Shown: piece after piece, positions 52,201 through 64,000 of the stretch
How the letters are laid out: each line of letters opens with the position of its first letter
Numbering within the stretch: position 1 is the first letter of the stretch
NCBI GenBank assembly: GCA_903813345.2
Contig: CAIIXF020000001.1
Location: forward strand, 16,430,001-16,494,000
DNA from: Owenia fusiformis
Lineage: Eukaryota
DNA: 64,000 bases
Direction: 5' to 3'
The notes under the pieces: generated by a model
Seen by the model: the letters and a program-made list of their open reading frames with translations, nothing else
Told to the model about the DNA's origin: nothing
Database searches by the model: none
Made by a program: the position numbers and the translations under genes

Positions 52201-55200
52201 GAAAATTGAGCTGTCTAATCTGAACATTTTACAGTAATTCTATTCAGACTCTTCAATAATATTCTTGAATCTACAAAGTCCACACTGGCAGACTCACACT
52301 GTCATCGACTTATATATACCGAGAGACAATTATATTCAAACTCCGATGGAAATGCAATAACAATGAGAAATATCTTATAAAGCATTAATACTGTAAAACT
52401 ACCGCTCTTATAAGAGGCTAGGAGTTCTAGCATTTGGATTCCAGGACATTGTACTTTACATGTAGTGTTATTGTTATCGGTTCGAATAGTTTATCGGTTT
52501 ATATATAGTTGTTTGTGTTATTACAAGTGTTTAGTATTGTGTTTTCTTATTATTTTATCAGAAATGTTACAACCATCTTCGATTCATTTGGTATGATCTT
52601 GATCAAATATTCTTTAGGAAATGTCAACATGATATTAAGTCACATTAATTGTAATTACAGGTAGCAGAACAAGTGTCAAAGATAACAAAGAAGCTGAAAA
52701 GATAGAGGCTAGTGAGGAAAACAATGAGGAAAAGAAAGATGAAGAAAAGAAAGTTGAAACTGAAGAAAACAACGAAGAAAAGAAGGAAGAAGGTAAGTCC
52801 AATACTCATCAAGGCAAAGATGAATCGTATACGTAGTGCTGATCCTGAAAAATATGAGATATGCATAATATTGTATCATGCTACCATCAATACATATAAA
52901 GATGGCCAAAACCATGATTTTGAAGGATTGGCATTACCAAAGCTTTTATTTTCTGCTTTCATTATTTTCCAGGAAGAAGTGAATACTAGTAGTTTAAATA
53001 TTTTGCTTGGAGCTTTTTGAAATGCTCATTGCTTAAGAGGCTTGTTACGTTTATTTTAACCATGGTTTGGAGGTGCCATTGAAACGTTTTTGCTTGTTTT
53101 AGTTTAATTTAGATTTCGTTAACTGCTTGGAATGTTGTCAGAAATGATACGTTTTGCTGTTTCGTTAATGTGCAATATACACATGTACTTGTTTAAATGT
53201 GCTTATATTTGTTTTATGTTCTCTTTAAGTCTCGCTTTTCTTTTCCCCCACTTCTTGCACGCTGTCTTATTTCCCCTATGAATCAAAGCATTCACACTGT
53301 ATAGCCTACCTGTATCGTGGCTGCACCCCCGTGTATCATTACTACAAAATAGTACTAGCCTAATTAAAACCATTAATTAATAATTAAACAATGGACAATC
53401 AAAGTGAGATAATCAACGCTTGTACTTTTACAAACAATAATTGATACTCTGGTCCTGTTGAACTAATATCTATCTCCTCTATAAAAAAAAAACTAGCGAG
53501 ATTTGCATGTTTCCAACTGAAACCAGAAAATAACCATTATATTAGTAATGGTCCTGATTCACTCCTCAATAAAATAACTAGCGAGATTTGCATGTTTCTA
53601 ACTGAAACCAGAAAATAATCATAAATAACATCTTCGTTTAAGCATTAATCATTAAAAAACATCATCCACGTCATATTGATCCTTGCTTATCTTACTACAT
53701 TGAATTTTACATCCCTGTAAAAAATGTTATGTTATGATTGAAAGGCTGATTGATCTACCGTAATATACAGCACCAGTAGCACGCATATATGCTGCCAATA
53801 ACCTTTCAGTGGTAGATTGAGACTGATCTGGATCCTGGTCTTTGTTATGTGTGGTACTAGCTACATACACCCAATTCTTAATAACCATCTGACCATTGGT
53901 GATACGGATCAATTATGTTCTACTTTATTGTACAAGATAGAATACTTTTATTAACTTATCTTTAAGAGCTCTTGTCATCATATTATCTCTCTCGACACCT
54001 CTTATAGTTAAATATATAAATTCTAAACATGCTGCCCTTTATCTCATAACATGTAATAATAAAATTGTAGATAAATGTAAATGCCGAAGAATCAAAATCA
54101 TTAACAAAATAATGACCTTCAAATCTAATCTCATTGCATGCGTGTTTTTCTCCTAAATCGTGGAATCGGAAGATAAATTGCACAATATGAATTATTAATT
54201 AACTGACTTTGCATGTGTTAGAGGAGTTGCACGAGTTAATCTATATTTGGCCTTCTTCTGAGTTTTGAGTCTGAAAATAGGTTCATGGGAATATTGATCT
54301 ACTTTATAATTAGCCCAAGATTCTATGAATCCGTTTGAGGAGGCCGATAAACCTAATGAAGAGATGGTTCAAGATCTTACAATAGAGAACTTAGATGATA
54401 TAGGTGAGGAAACCCCGCATGATACCCATCATAATATGAACTGAACTTAGAAATGAATAAGTTGAAAATGAGAATTTGGAATTGCTTTCCCATAATGAGA
54501 AAAACCTTAAAATTGTGTGATGAATAATTTGAAAACGAGTAGAATTTGAAATTGCTTTCCCATAATGAGAAGAGCTTGAAATTGTGTGAGACCTTTGTTA
54601 TTACATTATTAACAGAAATTAAGATGAGTTCTGTTAAAAGATTAATGAGGTAAAAATCAATACAGTGCGCAGATTATAAAAAAAACTTTGATTAATTAGT
54701 TGTGATAAGGTTGGAATGTCGTCACATCGAATCTCATTGATCACCAGGTCTCCCAGATTATATTTATTTTTATCCACTTTCTATATGGTAAATCTAAACT
54801 GCTATGAAAACAACGGTACTTGAGTTTTCAATACTAAGACAGATTTTCGAGAGATTCAATTGATTTTTTACAGTTCGTAAGTCTTCCGATATGCTTTAAG
54901 CGTTTCTATTGTAAAATTGTACAATGTTTGCATTACGATTATAGTTAGTATTTACTCTCCAAAATAGAAAAACGTGTTGTGGATATTTAGCCCATAGAAG
55001 TGTAGAGGTACCTAGCGACCAAAGTTTCCCTTATTGCCCCACACAATCAAGATCACGGCTAGCTAATAAAAAATACGTATAAATCATAAAGACATTAACA
55101 TGTAAGAGACCAGAACTATTCTTTCAGTAAAATGGTCTCTGACATCTCATCAATAACTAGAATTACGGATCTGGTCTTATGGGATAGTCTCAAGGATTTG

Positions 55201-57079
55201 ATCGATTATTTTAATAATGTGATGTACTTTTTCTGTCGGTGTATCTTTGTAAAGAATATTAGCTCGATAAGTTTTGTGATTTATCATATCATTGTTTTTG
55301 TGGTTGCTATGGTGGATATCACAAAGAAATACCAATGATTGTGTTAAGCCAGACTGTTCCCCTGTAGTGTTTTATGGCTAATGTAGCTCCAAATGCAATA
55401 TTAAAAAAATATGATAACTAAACTAATTTAGGATAAAAGTGAAGTTCAGAAATAGTTTGGCATACAAGAGAAAAAATTAATATTCAAATCAACTGAACTG
55501 TCTGGCTGCTTTACAAACGTGGGTCATACACACTCAATTCAAACATGATTAAAACAATTTCATTTCATTACAATATGGAAATAGTATACTGGTAAATATA
55601 TTTTACAATGTTTGTGAGTATTTAGATGTTTTCAAATGTTGTAAACAATGCTTACGCTTCACGTGGCACAATTGTTTTAAAATAACGTCTTCGACGTCTC
55701 AACATATGCGACACCGTTCGGAAAACGGAATGTTACTACAATAAATATATATAACTACTATAAATCAGGAATAATAAAAGTAACGCTCAAATGAGCAAAA
55801 CCTTTAATCAAATAAATAATTCAAAAATTGCAAGTGCACGAACTGATCATTTTTCATTTACTAGTAGTTATTAAGTTCTTCTTTAAACCCATCTATTTGT
55901 AATTAATACCAAATGCTTTTGTAACCCATAACAGTATAACTGCTTGTCTCATAATCCCCGCATAATCCTAACCTTTCTGCGAATCCTCTAGGAGAGACAC
56001 CAACATCTCATATGCATTTGCTAATGTACATGGGGTCTCTTCTAGAAGATGTCAACCCTGTTGGACTTCCAATGCATGTCTGCTTGATTAACCTAGTTGC
56101 ATCAAAATTGCTTTATTATTAGGCGAGGCGGGGCAAAAATCTGAAGAGAAGACAGAGGCAGCAAAAGAAGAACCAGTAAAAATAGAATCAGATGAGACTG
56201 ATAATTCACAAACTGTAGCAGCTGATTCAGAAGAAACTCCTAAATCAGAGGAAACAGTTGAATCAGATGTAAAAACTGAAACTGCTGAATCAGCAGCTGA
56301 AAATGTTGATACAGCTGAGAAATCTGAATCAGATCAAATTACTGAACCAGAAAAAACTGAATCTGCTGAGCCAGAAACTGCTCAAAACGAACCAACTGAA
56401 TCAGAAACTGCTCAAACTGAAGCAGTTGAACCAGAAACTGCTCAAACTGAAAATGTAGTAGCTGAAACTGCACAAAATGATGCAGCAGCAGAAACAACTG
56501 AAACTAATCCATCTGATTCACAAGCTACTGAAACACAACCCATTGAAACACAAGATAGTAAGTCACGCCTAGAAACTGAAGACAGCAACAGAGAAATATT
56601 GTATACTTTTGCATGATTCAATCTTAAAATGGCATGTGTTTCCCGTTTTGTATATATATCATCCTTTCAGTTTCATAAAATTATTTCTTTGCATGGTTAT
56701 TCTAAAGTAAAATATGTGTTCTCCATAATCAAGTTTATATGATTTTTCTCATGAGTTCATTTAAATACCAACGTTCATAATAATTATAAATATAAAGGGT
56801 AATGTTTTCTTTGCTTAAGACTAAAATTATTTAGTACTGAAATGCATACTAAGTTGTTATCATCATAAGGAACGACAGTGTATATAACCATGAACATGAT
56901 AATTGCAATCTGACTTGCCCGACTATGAACTACATGCCAAATTCCCTGTTTACGGTGCCCATGATCAATGTAATATTGTTTTTTCAGATGAAAATAAAAC
57001 AGAGGAAACCCCAGCTACAGAAGGAGAAACCTCAGAGGAAACAAAAGCTGAGGAAACAGAAGAAAAGAAAGAAGAATAG
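49227..57079 (+). CDS. Acidic low-complexity protein with N-terminal myristoylation/palmitoylation motif (MARCKS/BASP1/GAP-43-like in composition), up to 292 aa
   Basis: Exons on plus: 49227-49356 (MGCGGSKSTGTENQQKKADPAP...), 52661-52792 (EENNEEKKDEEKKVETEE...), 54314-54403 (AQDSMNPFEEADKP...), 56123-56557 (EPETAQTE-type 10-aa repeats), 56988-57079 (...EETEEKKEE*). All introns are phase 1 and GT-AG. An acceptor at 49217 just before the ATG implies an upstream UTR exon. Inclusion of the 54314 exon is less certain. Confidence 0.85.
53490..53620 (+). repeat. Local tandem duplication (period about 85 bp)
   Basis: AACTAGCGAGATTTGCATGTTTC.AACTGAAACCAGAAAATAA occurs twice. Confidence 0.8.
54462..54589 (+). 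repeat. Local tandem duplication (period about 70 bp)
   Basis: AGAATTTG.AATTGCTTTCCCATAATGAGAA...CTT.AAATTGTGTGA occurs twice. Confidence 0.8.
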
Positions 57080-60000
57080 GGACAATGTTGTTTTAGGAAA
57101 GTCTAGCAATTCTTATATTTATTATCTTTACAAAATATTGAACTGCTGGTTCAGCATTTATCAGTCATTGGAAGGACATCCAAAAAGCTTTTGATCACTT
57201 TCAAATTAAGTGAGAGTAAAGCCAATAAGGGGTGTAACAATGAAATTGATGTAATGTCGTCACAGCCACATGACAGTAAATAATCTGAGAACATGACTGA
57301 AATTCGCTCAATTCAGTTTAGGGAGGTTTTGTATTTGTACATCATTGACTTGTATAACAGTTGCAATACAGATATAGGGGGTTAGATTACAAACGGCTTA
57401 ACAGGTAATGGTGAAGCCCTCTTCGATCAACCCTATATGGTACCAAACTTGATGCAAGGGTCATAAGGCATCAGTCATATCTGTCGACAGTACCGAGCCC
57501 TGTATGGTTCAACCATGTAGAATGAAGTACCAGTTTTGATATCAGGAAAACAATGATAACAGTGCAATGCAATATTTTTCATGGTGTGTATTAAATTGCT
57601 TGTTCGCAGTGTCAATGTTCTATTTGCCAGAATTTTGTAAAACTTGTGTTGTATATATTTTTCTAAACGCAAAAATGGGCATATGATGCCACTCTTAAAG
57701 AAACATAAATATTGCTAACTTTACTACGTTTGGCGCTTTTGTGTCTCCTTTACATGTGGAGGAACGTTGCTTTTTCCATTTGTCTAGGAGAGCGGGAGTC
57801 ACATTGGCTCAACAGTCAGTATTACTTAGTGACTGCACGATATTTTCATCTGTCTATTAACGACAACAGTCACTTCTTTGCCGCGCCAAACGTCGCAATA
57901 GCAGCAATAATCTTGTAAATAAGGTCGTTTTTGTATCGGGATCATCTTCCATTTGTGGTAACAGATCAGAGGATAGCATGAAAAAAAGTTCATTCCCTTG
58001 TTATGATTAAAGATTTGGAAATAGCGTCTACTGATAAGTGTAATTGTAAAATGTAATTCTCCCTTATCAGCGCACTATCAAGAGGTGTGTAAGTTATGAT
58101 AGCATTGTCTGGAGATTGAGTGTTCACATTATTCAAGCATTTCTAGATATCTATTGTACATATTGAACTTTCTGATATTACGGTCACGTCTTCATAAAGG
58201 ACCGAATGTATATAGCTTACCGGCGCCATCTATATTGCTCAGTAGATCATCATCATAAGATGGCGCCATATGTATGGTAACGCACATAGCACGAATACAT
58301 CTAGTGTAATAAACAAGCGGCCATATTATCATCGTTCATACAAAAATCATTTAGGTGTCATCAAAAGTCATTCATTTTTAAGATCTGATAAGGTGGACTT
58401 GAAAAAACTTGAAAATTACCAATCATCCAATCGCCATCACTACGTCATCAATAAATATTAAAATTATGATATCTGTGATAAACATTATATATATGAATTA
58501 TATTATAAATGTAAATTACGAGCATGTAACCACATAAATAAATGAAACCGTCCAAAATGAATCTTTTATAATATATGATATACATTATCTACCTAAAATG
58601 ATGTCTTGTTGTCTTATTTCTTCCGTCGTATTACATATTTCAAAATATGATTTTGATAAAATCATGGACTTGAAAAAATGGATTGGAATCTCCCATTTAC
58701 GCATTGGCATCGTCTAATTTTATATCAACCATTGTTACAGATATAAATTCTCCAGAGCAGAATCCCGTGAAAGTTGTCATTTGTTTAGGCATCTCACAAA
58801 GAATGTGGTTTAAAAGCTGGCAAATATTCTGGATACCTTGATTGTTATGAATGTCCTTTCCGTAAATTATAAAATCAGCACATCCAACAGAAGCCAGAGA
58901 GAATTATTGAAAAAACTGTAGTGTAGTATATACGATTTCGATATTCTTAGTTTTCATTAAATTAAACTACTTTATATAGTTGACGTTATGCTTTGATATT
59001 TGAACCAAAACAGGGTTATATGACATGGAAACTATGGGGTATGATCATTTGTTCATATATCGTGCGTGGGCGCCACCGTTCAACAATATCTTCCACCGCC
59101 TATGGGGGCCCTAATGGAAGATAACTGGAAATGTATGATACGGAAACGGTCATGTTAGTTTTCAATACGCGGTAAATGGACATCTGAGCTCTCCATTATA
59201 AACTCTCATAACGTTACCGCATCACCGCATATCATAATATAATCTGTAAAACCAAAATACCAGTTCTCTTAAGCGGTGGAAGATATAGTTGAACTATGGT
59301 GCCTACGCATGGTATATGAACAAATGATCATACTCCAGAGTTTCCATGTCATATAAGCCTGATATAGTTCAAATATCAAATGTGCATAACGCCATCTTAG
59401 ATAGATGCAAAGGTTACGGCCGTTACTTCGCTTGATACTGACCCATGTGTATCGGGTAAACCTAGAAGTAAAAGCAGAATATAATTCCGTCAAAAAATAT
59501 TTAAGGTAACCAAAACGTTAGAATTCTGGACAAAAATGGAGATTTGGAAGATATTCTGGAATTCCCTTATATTTCTTATGAAGCGGTTAAAGCCTCAAAA
59601 TGAACTATGTTTGTAAATTGAGCATTGTCAGCCTATTCGATATAAACAGACCAAATTTTCCAATAGATTCTTGACCATTTCGTCATGCCAATGTGTAAAA
59701 TATACATATTATTTAGGGTGACATCTATTATATTAGTAATATGTTAAAAAAGAGACGCAGAGAAAAGATTTCAAAATGAATATTTCCTGACCTTCAGACC
59801 CACTACTACTAGGAACGAGTAAATAAACCCCTTCCTCTATATAATAGTTTGATTACAACTGGCATAGCCATGTACGTAATGAAGCATTGGTTTAAAGAGA
59901 AAACACTTAAGAAAACTCCAAAACTCTTGATATAAACAACGATAAAATGTATCCATATATGCATGTATCATTGATTTAATAGTTTTATTCTGTATTATGT

Positions 60001-60116
60001 TACAATGATTGTGTTGTTTAATTTTGCTTCCCATAAATATCACGCCTTTATAATATAACTGTAGTAGTTAGACTACAAACATTTAATGTCATTATATCAC
60101 TCTCAAATGTTATTCT

Positions 60117-63100
60117 TTATTTATCCACTATTTCACCCAGTACAGCAATGGCTTCTATTTCAACCTTGGCTCCCTAAAAATTAAAAAATTAAATAAAACT
60201 ATATTATTAAATTTCCAAACATATTGATACTGTCCGATGTACATTGGTTATGCACTTGGAGATTTCTGATACAAGATTTATCTCGGTAAAATATCAATCC
60301 ACTGAAAAATTATGGATTAGGATCCAACCTTGGCATTTTTTGAAATGTTAGGCTTGTTTTCTTAAAAGAGGATCTTGTTTTTCTCAATTTAAATATATCA
60401 AAAGTTTTCTCTACACTATCAATAACTCCCGAAAGGGAGATGGATGGGTATTGAAATACGATAAAGTTAAAAGACACATATTCCATGTTATTTTCTCATT
60501 GGGAAAACTCATGCTATCCATTGTTTTCAGCTTAATTTGGTCATCGGAAATTGATATGTTCAAAATTAGACGTTTCATACTACAGAAGAAATTTTAGACC
60601 CCTTGTTGAATAATCTTTTCATGCAATAAAAATCAGAAAAGGAAGATCCCCTTTTGAGTAAATAGGTTAAACATTTTGAAAAAATTGTTGATATGGGGTC
60701 CCTATTCATAATTTTTCGAATTGTTCACTTGATATTTTTATCATCATGGGGACTTGACTTGCCATACTGCACATGGACCTTTAACGTGGAAAAGTTGAAA
60801 AGTCCCTAAAACAACAGGCGGTTTGTGAAAAAGAATGGTGAAAATCGCCTATTGCCTGCTGCTAATGACTTCATGACACAAAGGTTATTTTAGACATTTT
60901 TGAAATAAAACATTTTTTGAAAAAAAAATTCAGCTTTTTATCTAAAAGTTGAAGTTTTTTAATCAACTAATCCACTAAACAGTGCAAGACAAAATATCTT
61001 TTGGAGATTGACCATGATGATTGACACTATTTAAATCATAAAATATCATACACTTTAATGTGCCACTCAAATCGTTTAGCATATCAAAAATGTTGCATCC
61101 ATTATTTAGATCCAGAAACATGGCAGCAATTCAAAATTATTATCACACAGTGTTTACATGAAATACATATCACATTCACATTACCTTTGGCAATCCAGCC
61201 ACTGCAAATGCTGCTCTTGCTGGATATGGCTCTTTGAAATCTGCAAATCAAAGAGGCTGTCCTATGTACTTATCCTATGTACAATATGTTATCAATAAGC
61301 AATAGATAAAACAGATACTATTTAAGTATATAATGTTTAACATTATTTAAGTATTTAATGTTTAATGCGAACAATAATATATGTGTAATATTGTAATAAA
61401 ATATTAATCATTATTATATCGATCCCTGTCATATTCCTCACTCTCTTATTGGTCCATGTCCTACACGTGACTAAAAAATAACTAGCGATATTCAACGGAA
61501 GTCACGTGACTTCCGGTGAATATCAAATGATATTCAACGGTCATGACTTATACATACATATTATACGGCAGTACTAACAAGGAGTCATCTCAGAATGGAC
61601 ATTTGAAAAACATTCCCAACCTGTTTCCCACATGGCCAATACTATGAGTATGAACACAATGGTTCCATTTTCATTGACCCATTGCAATGTTACAATTAAT
61701 TATAATGTTAACACGAAACCTTAAATTAAAATACTAAAAGGACCTTATACACCCTTCATTGGGATCTCCCCATGGGAAAAAATAATTCATCTGATTTTTC
61801 AAAATGAGTATTCTGCTTCAATTATTACATTTATATGCACACTAGTATCTTGTTGACCTATATTCAGCACTGTATTGATGTATAGGCCACTTATTAGGGT
61901 CATAATCCAATCATGAAGTGTAGAGGCATATGATTCCAAACCAGGAAGTATTTTTGTGTCTGTCAAAATCCATTTACATCCTACGCATCCCTGCATCCTA
62001 TCCAAATATTTTACTACATAATGAAATATAATAGTATAATCTTTGGTTTTACAAACTTGTATGATATTTGATAAGTGTAAAAATTGTTTTTGGAGCATTT
62101 TTCTATAGCCATTTTGTAGGGGAAAAAATGATGAAAAAATGTACAATCTTTTAATTTTAAGTATGACCTGAATCGATTGCAAACTTCATATTGGCACATT
62201 TGATGAGATAGACCATTTGTGTCGTATTGTGAAATTATTAAGTTTGCAATCGATTCAGGTCATAGTGTATTTTTGGTATTTCTGTGATAATCAATGGAAA
62301 CCAATGGCCTCTATTGGGATCTGCTGATATCCTCATGTTAAGTCACTGGTGCACAGCCCCATGTAAGTCAATACAACCTTACTGAACGAAATGATCCCTA
62401 TCTCAGCTTATGTGTGTCCGAGCACTTTAATATTTTCCAAAGTATTATATGACATTTTATTCTTCATGTTACACCTACAAATGATTCATTTTGACCATAG
62501 GGATATTTGCCAATAATTGCACCTTGTCCTTTGGGAGTTGATATTTATTGACTATATAATTTGGTAGTTGATATTAATTGTATTTATTGTTAAAATGTTA
62601 GAAGAAATATAAATGTATTTCAATGTTAACATATGACTTATTTAATTATAGAAGATGTTATGACAGTGAGATAATAAAACAAATATTTAATTCTATTTTC
62701 GGTGAATACCTATTACACTTTCACAAGAATATCACTTGTGAAAGATGCACAGGTATTCACCTCAATAGAATTAAATATTTGTATATTGTTACTGTACATT
62801 GTATTTCAAGTTTTGACAAATTGGAGAAATGATATTCTATTTTCGTAATTGATATTTTACTTAATATGGTAATGTATGAAAGACTCATTTGAAAAATGAG
62901 ACATTTTGAAGATATTATTGGGATTTTGAATTGAGTTCTATGATTTTGCTTACATTTACATGACTGTTTTGGAATTTCAGATATTAGTCATTTAAATTAA
63001 TGTGGATATCTACGAATGATGGTGATTTTTGGTGTTTCAAACTTATACATGTACTGGTGATATTGCTTTTAAGATGATCAATTTAGCAATACATGTACTT

Positions 63101-64000
63101 ACATTGAGCATAAATTGTGTTGACAGTTGGGTAATCCTTCATGTCTGTCAACAGAACAGTGGACTTCACAACTACAAGTAAAAAAAACATAATTGTGCAA
63201 AATTAAAACAAATCCAACTAAAACATATAAACATTGACTGGAAACATACTATTGATACACAACTTTTTCCTTCTATATGCCATGTTATTTTCAAAGCATG
63301 GCTTCAAAATAACCATGGCTGAAACTCCTAAATTTAAATGTTCAAAAAGTATACCTAGAATATGAATGTATTTTTCTATATAATATTGCAATTTGATTGC
63401 TTAATTTTTAATGTTTGATTGACTTTGACTGTAAAATGGACTGTGCATGCAATATATGTATACCAAAAAAATATATACACTGTCTGACTATATATAAGAT
63501 GTCACTTACTGTTTGAGAAATTACCACCAACACTGGCCAAAACTGCTTGCATATTCTTAAATACCTAATAAAAATTAAATGATTACTCATGAGACGTAAA
63601 ACTCTTAACATTGCATAGTATATGTTTTGTAATGTAATGTATGTTACATTGCAATCTTGTGGCTTTGATTTTACATTGTAATTTATAACCTTTGGACTTT
63701 AGTATATATATAGTTATAATACCTTTATTGTACTGATATTATCATGAAAGTAAAGAAAACATAAACCAGTGTTATAAATTAATACATAAAAATATGATGG
63801 AATTGATCTACAAACACAATAACATAACTTGAAAACAGGAACAATGACAGGACATTGGAGGAACACTCTATGTTCCAGTGCACTAAGTTAATTTTGCAAA
63901 GCAAAGTACTGGATCATTCTCAATGTGATGAGTAAGACGCTTACCTGATGTGCCTCGGCCTCTACTCCACCCTCTGCCATCACCCCAGATGTTGGTTCAA
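60117..64000 (-). CDS. RIDA: RidA/YjgF/UK114 family 2-iminobutanoate/2-iminopropanoate deaminase (5' part beyond the window end)
   Basis: Exons on minus: >64000-63945 (EPTSGVMAEGGVEAEAHQ), 63564-63510 (VFKNMQAVLASVGGNFSN), 63171-63103 (IVKSTVLLTDMKDYPTVNTIYAQ), 61240-61185 (YFKEPYPARAAFAVAGLPK), 60173-60117 (GAKVEIEAIAVLGEIVDK*). All are GT-AG and phase-consistent. The catalytic PAR arginine and the VEIE motif are intact. Confidence 0.95.
61740..62529 (+). mobile_element. Spy-like non-autonomous DNA transposon, copy 2, in a RIDA intron
   Basis: AAA|GGAC...GTCC|TTT flanks and near-identity to 23203-23979. Confidence 0.85.

Noticed and set aside
52645-53020. Hydrophobic (minus) and Lys/Arg-rich (plus) ORFs, also 56925-57194
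   Set aside because: They are antisense or alternative-frame readings of the Glu-rich exons of the acidic protein gene.
58222-58267. GGCGCCATCT...AGATGGCGCC hairpin in the presumed 3' UTR
   Set aside because: Only a 10-bp stem, with no evidence of conservation or of a known RNA motif.

Overview
AT-rich, intron-containing eukaryotic (animal) genomic DNA, probably a marine invertebrate (an inference from gene structure and transposon content). There are two 500-N assembly gaps, at 13915-14414 and 25415-25914. Splicing by hand with GT-AG sites and consistent intron phases gives four gene models. (1) An 8-exon SLC1 (excitatory amino acid transporter family) gene on the minus strand, 30779-40684, 484 aa, with unusual ion-site residues (NMDG>NKDG, YE>FI, NVLGD>NVLSH). 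An orphan paralogous first exon lies at 28174-28423. (2) A 6-exon secreted FG-GAP/VCBS-repeat protein gene on the minus strand, 44084-47447. (3) A 5-exon, very acidic, disordered protein with an N-terminal MGCGGS acylation motif on the plus strand, 49227-57079, which the ORF track misses. (4) The 3' part of RIDA (RidA/YjgF/UK114) on the minus strand, 60117 to beyond 64000. The rest is mostly mobile DNA. It includes a Ty3/Gypsy-like LTR element (gag, frameshifted protease, no visible RT/IN, and a tandem array of LTR-end/PBS-like units), a 5'-truncated L1/Tx1 LINE, and two Spy-like elements inserted at AAA^TTT with no TSD. Also present are two TAG...CTA elements with 9-bp TSDs, a fold-back mariner built from two 3' ends, TTAA-flanked palindromic MITEs and several tandem repeats. 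No rRNA, tRNA or CRISPR was seen.
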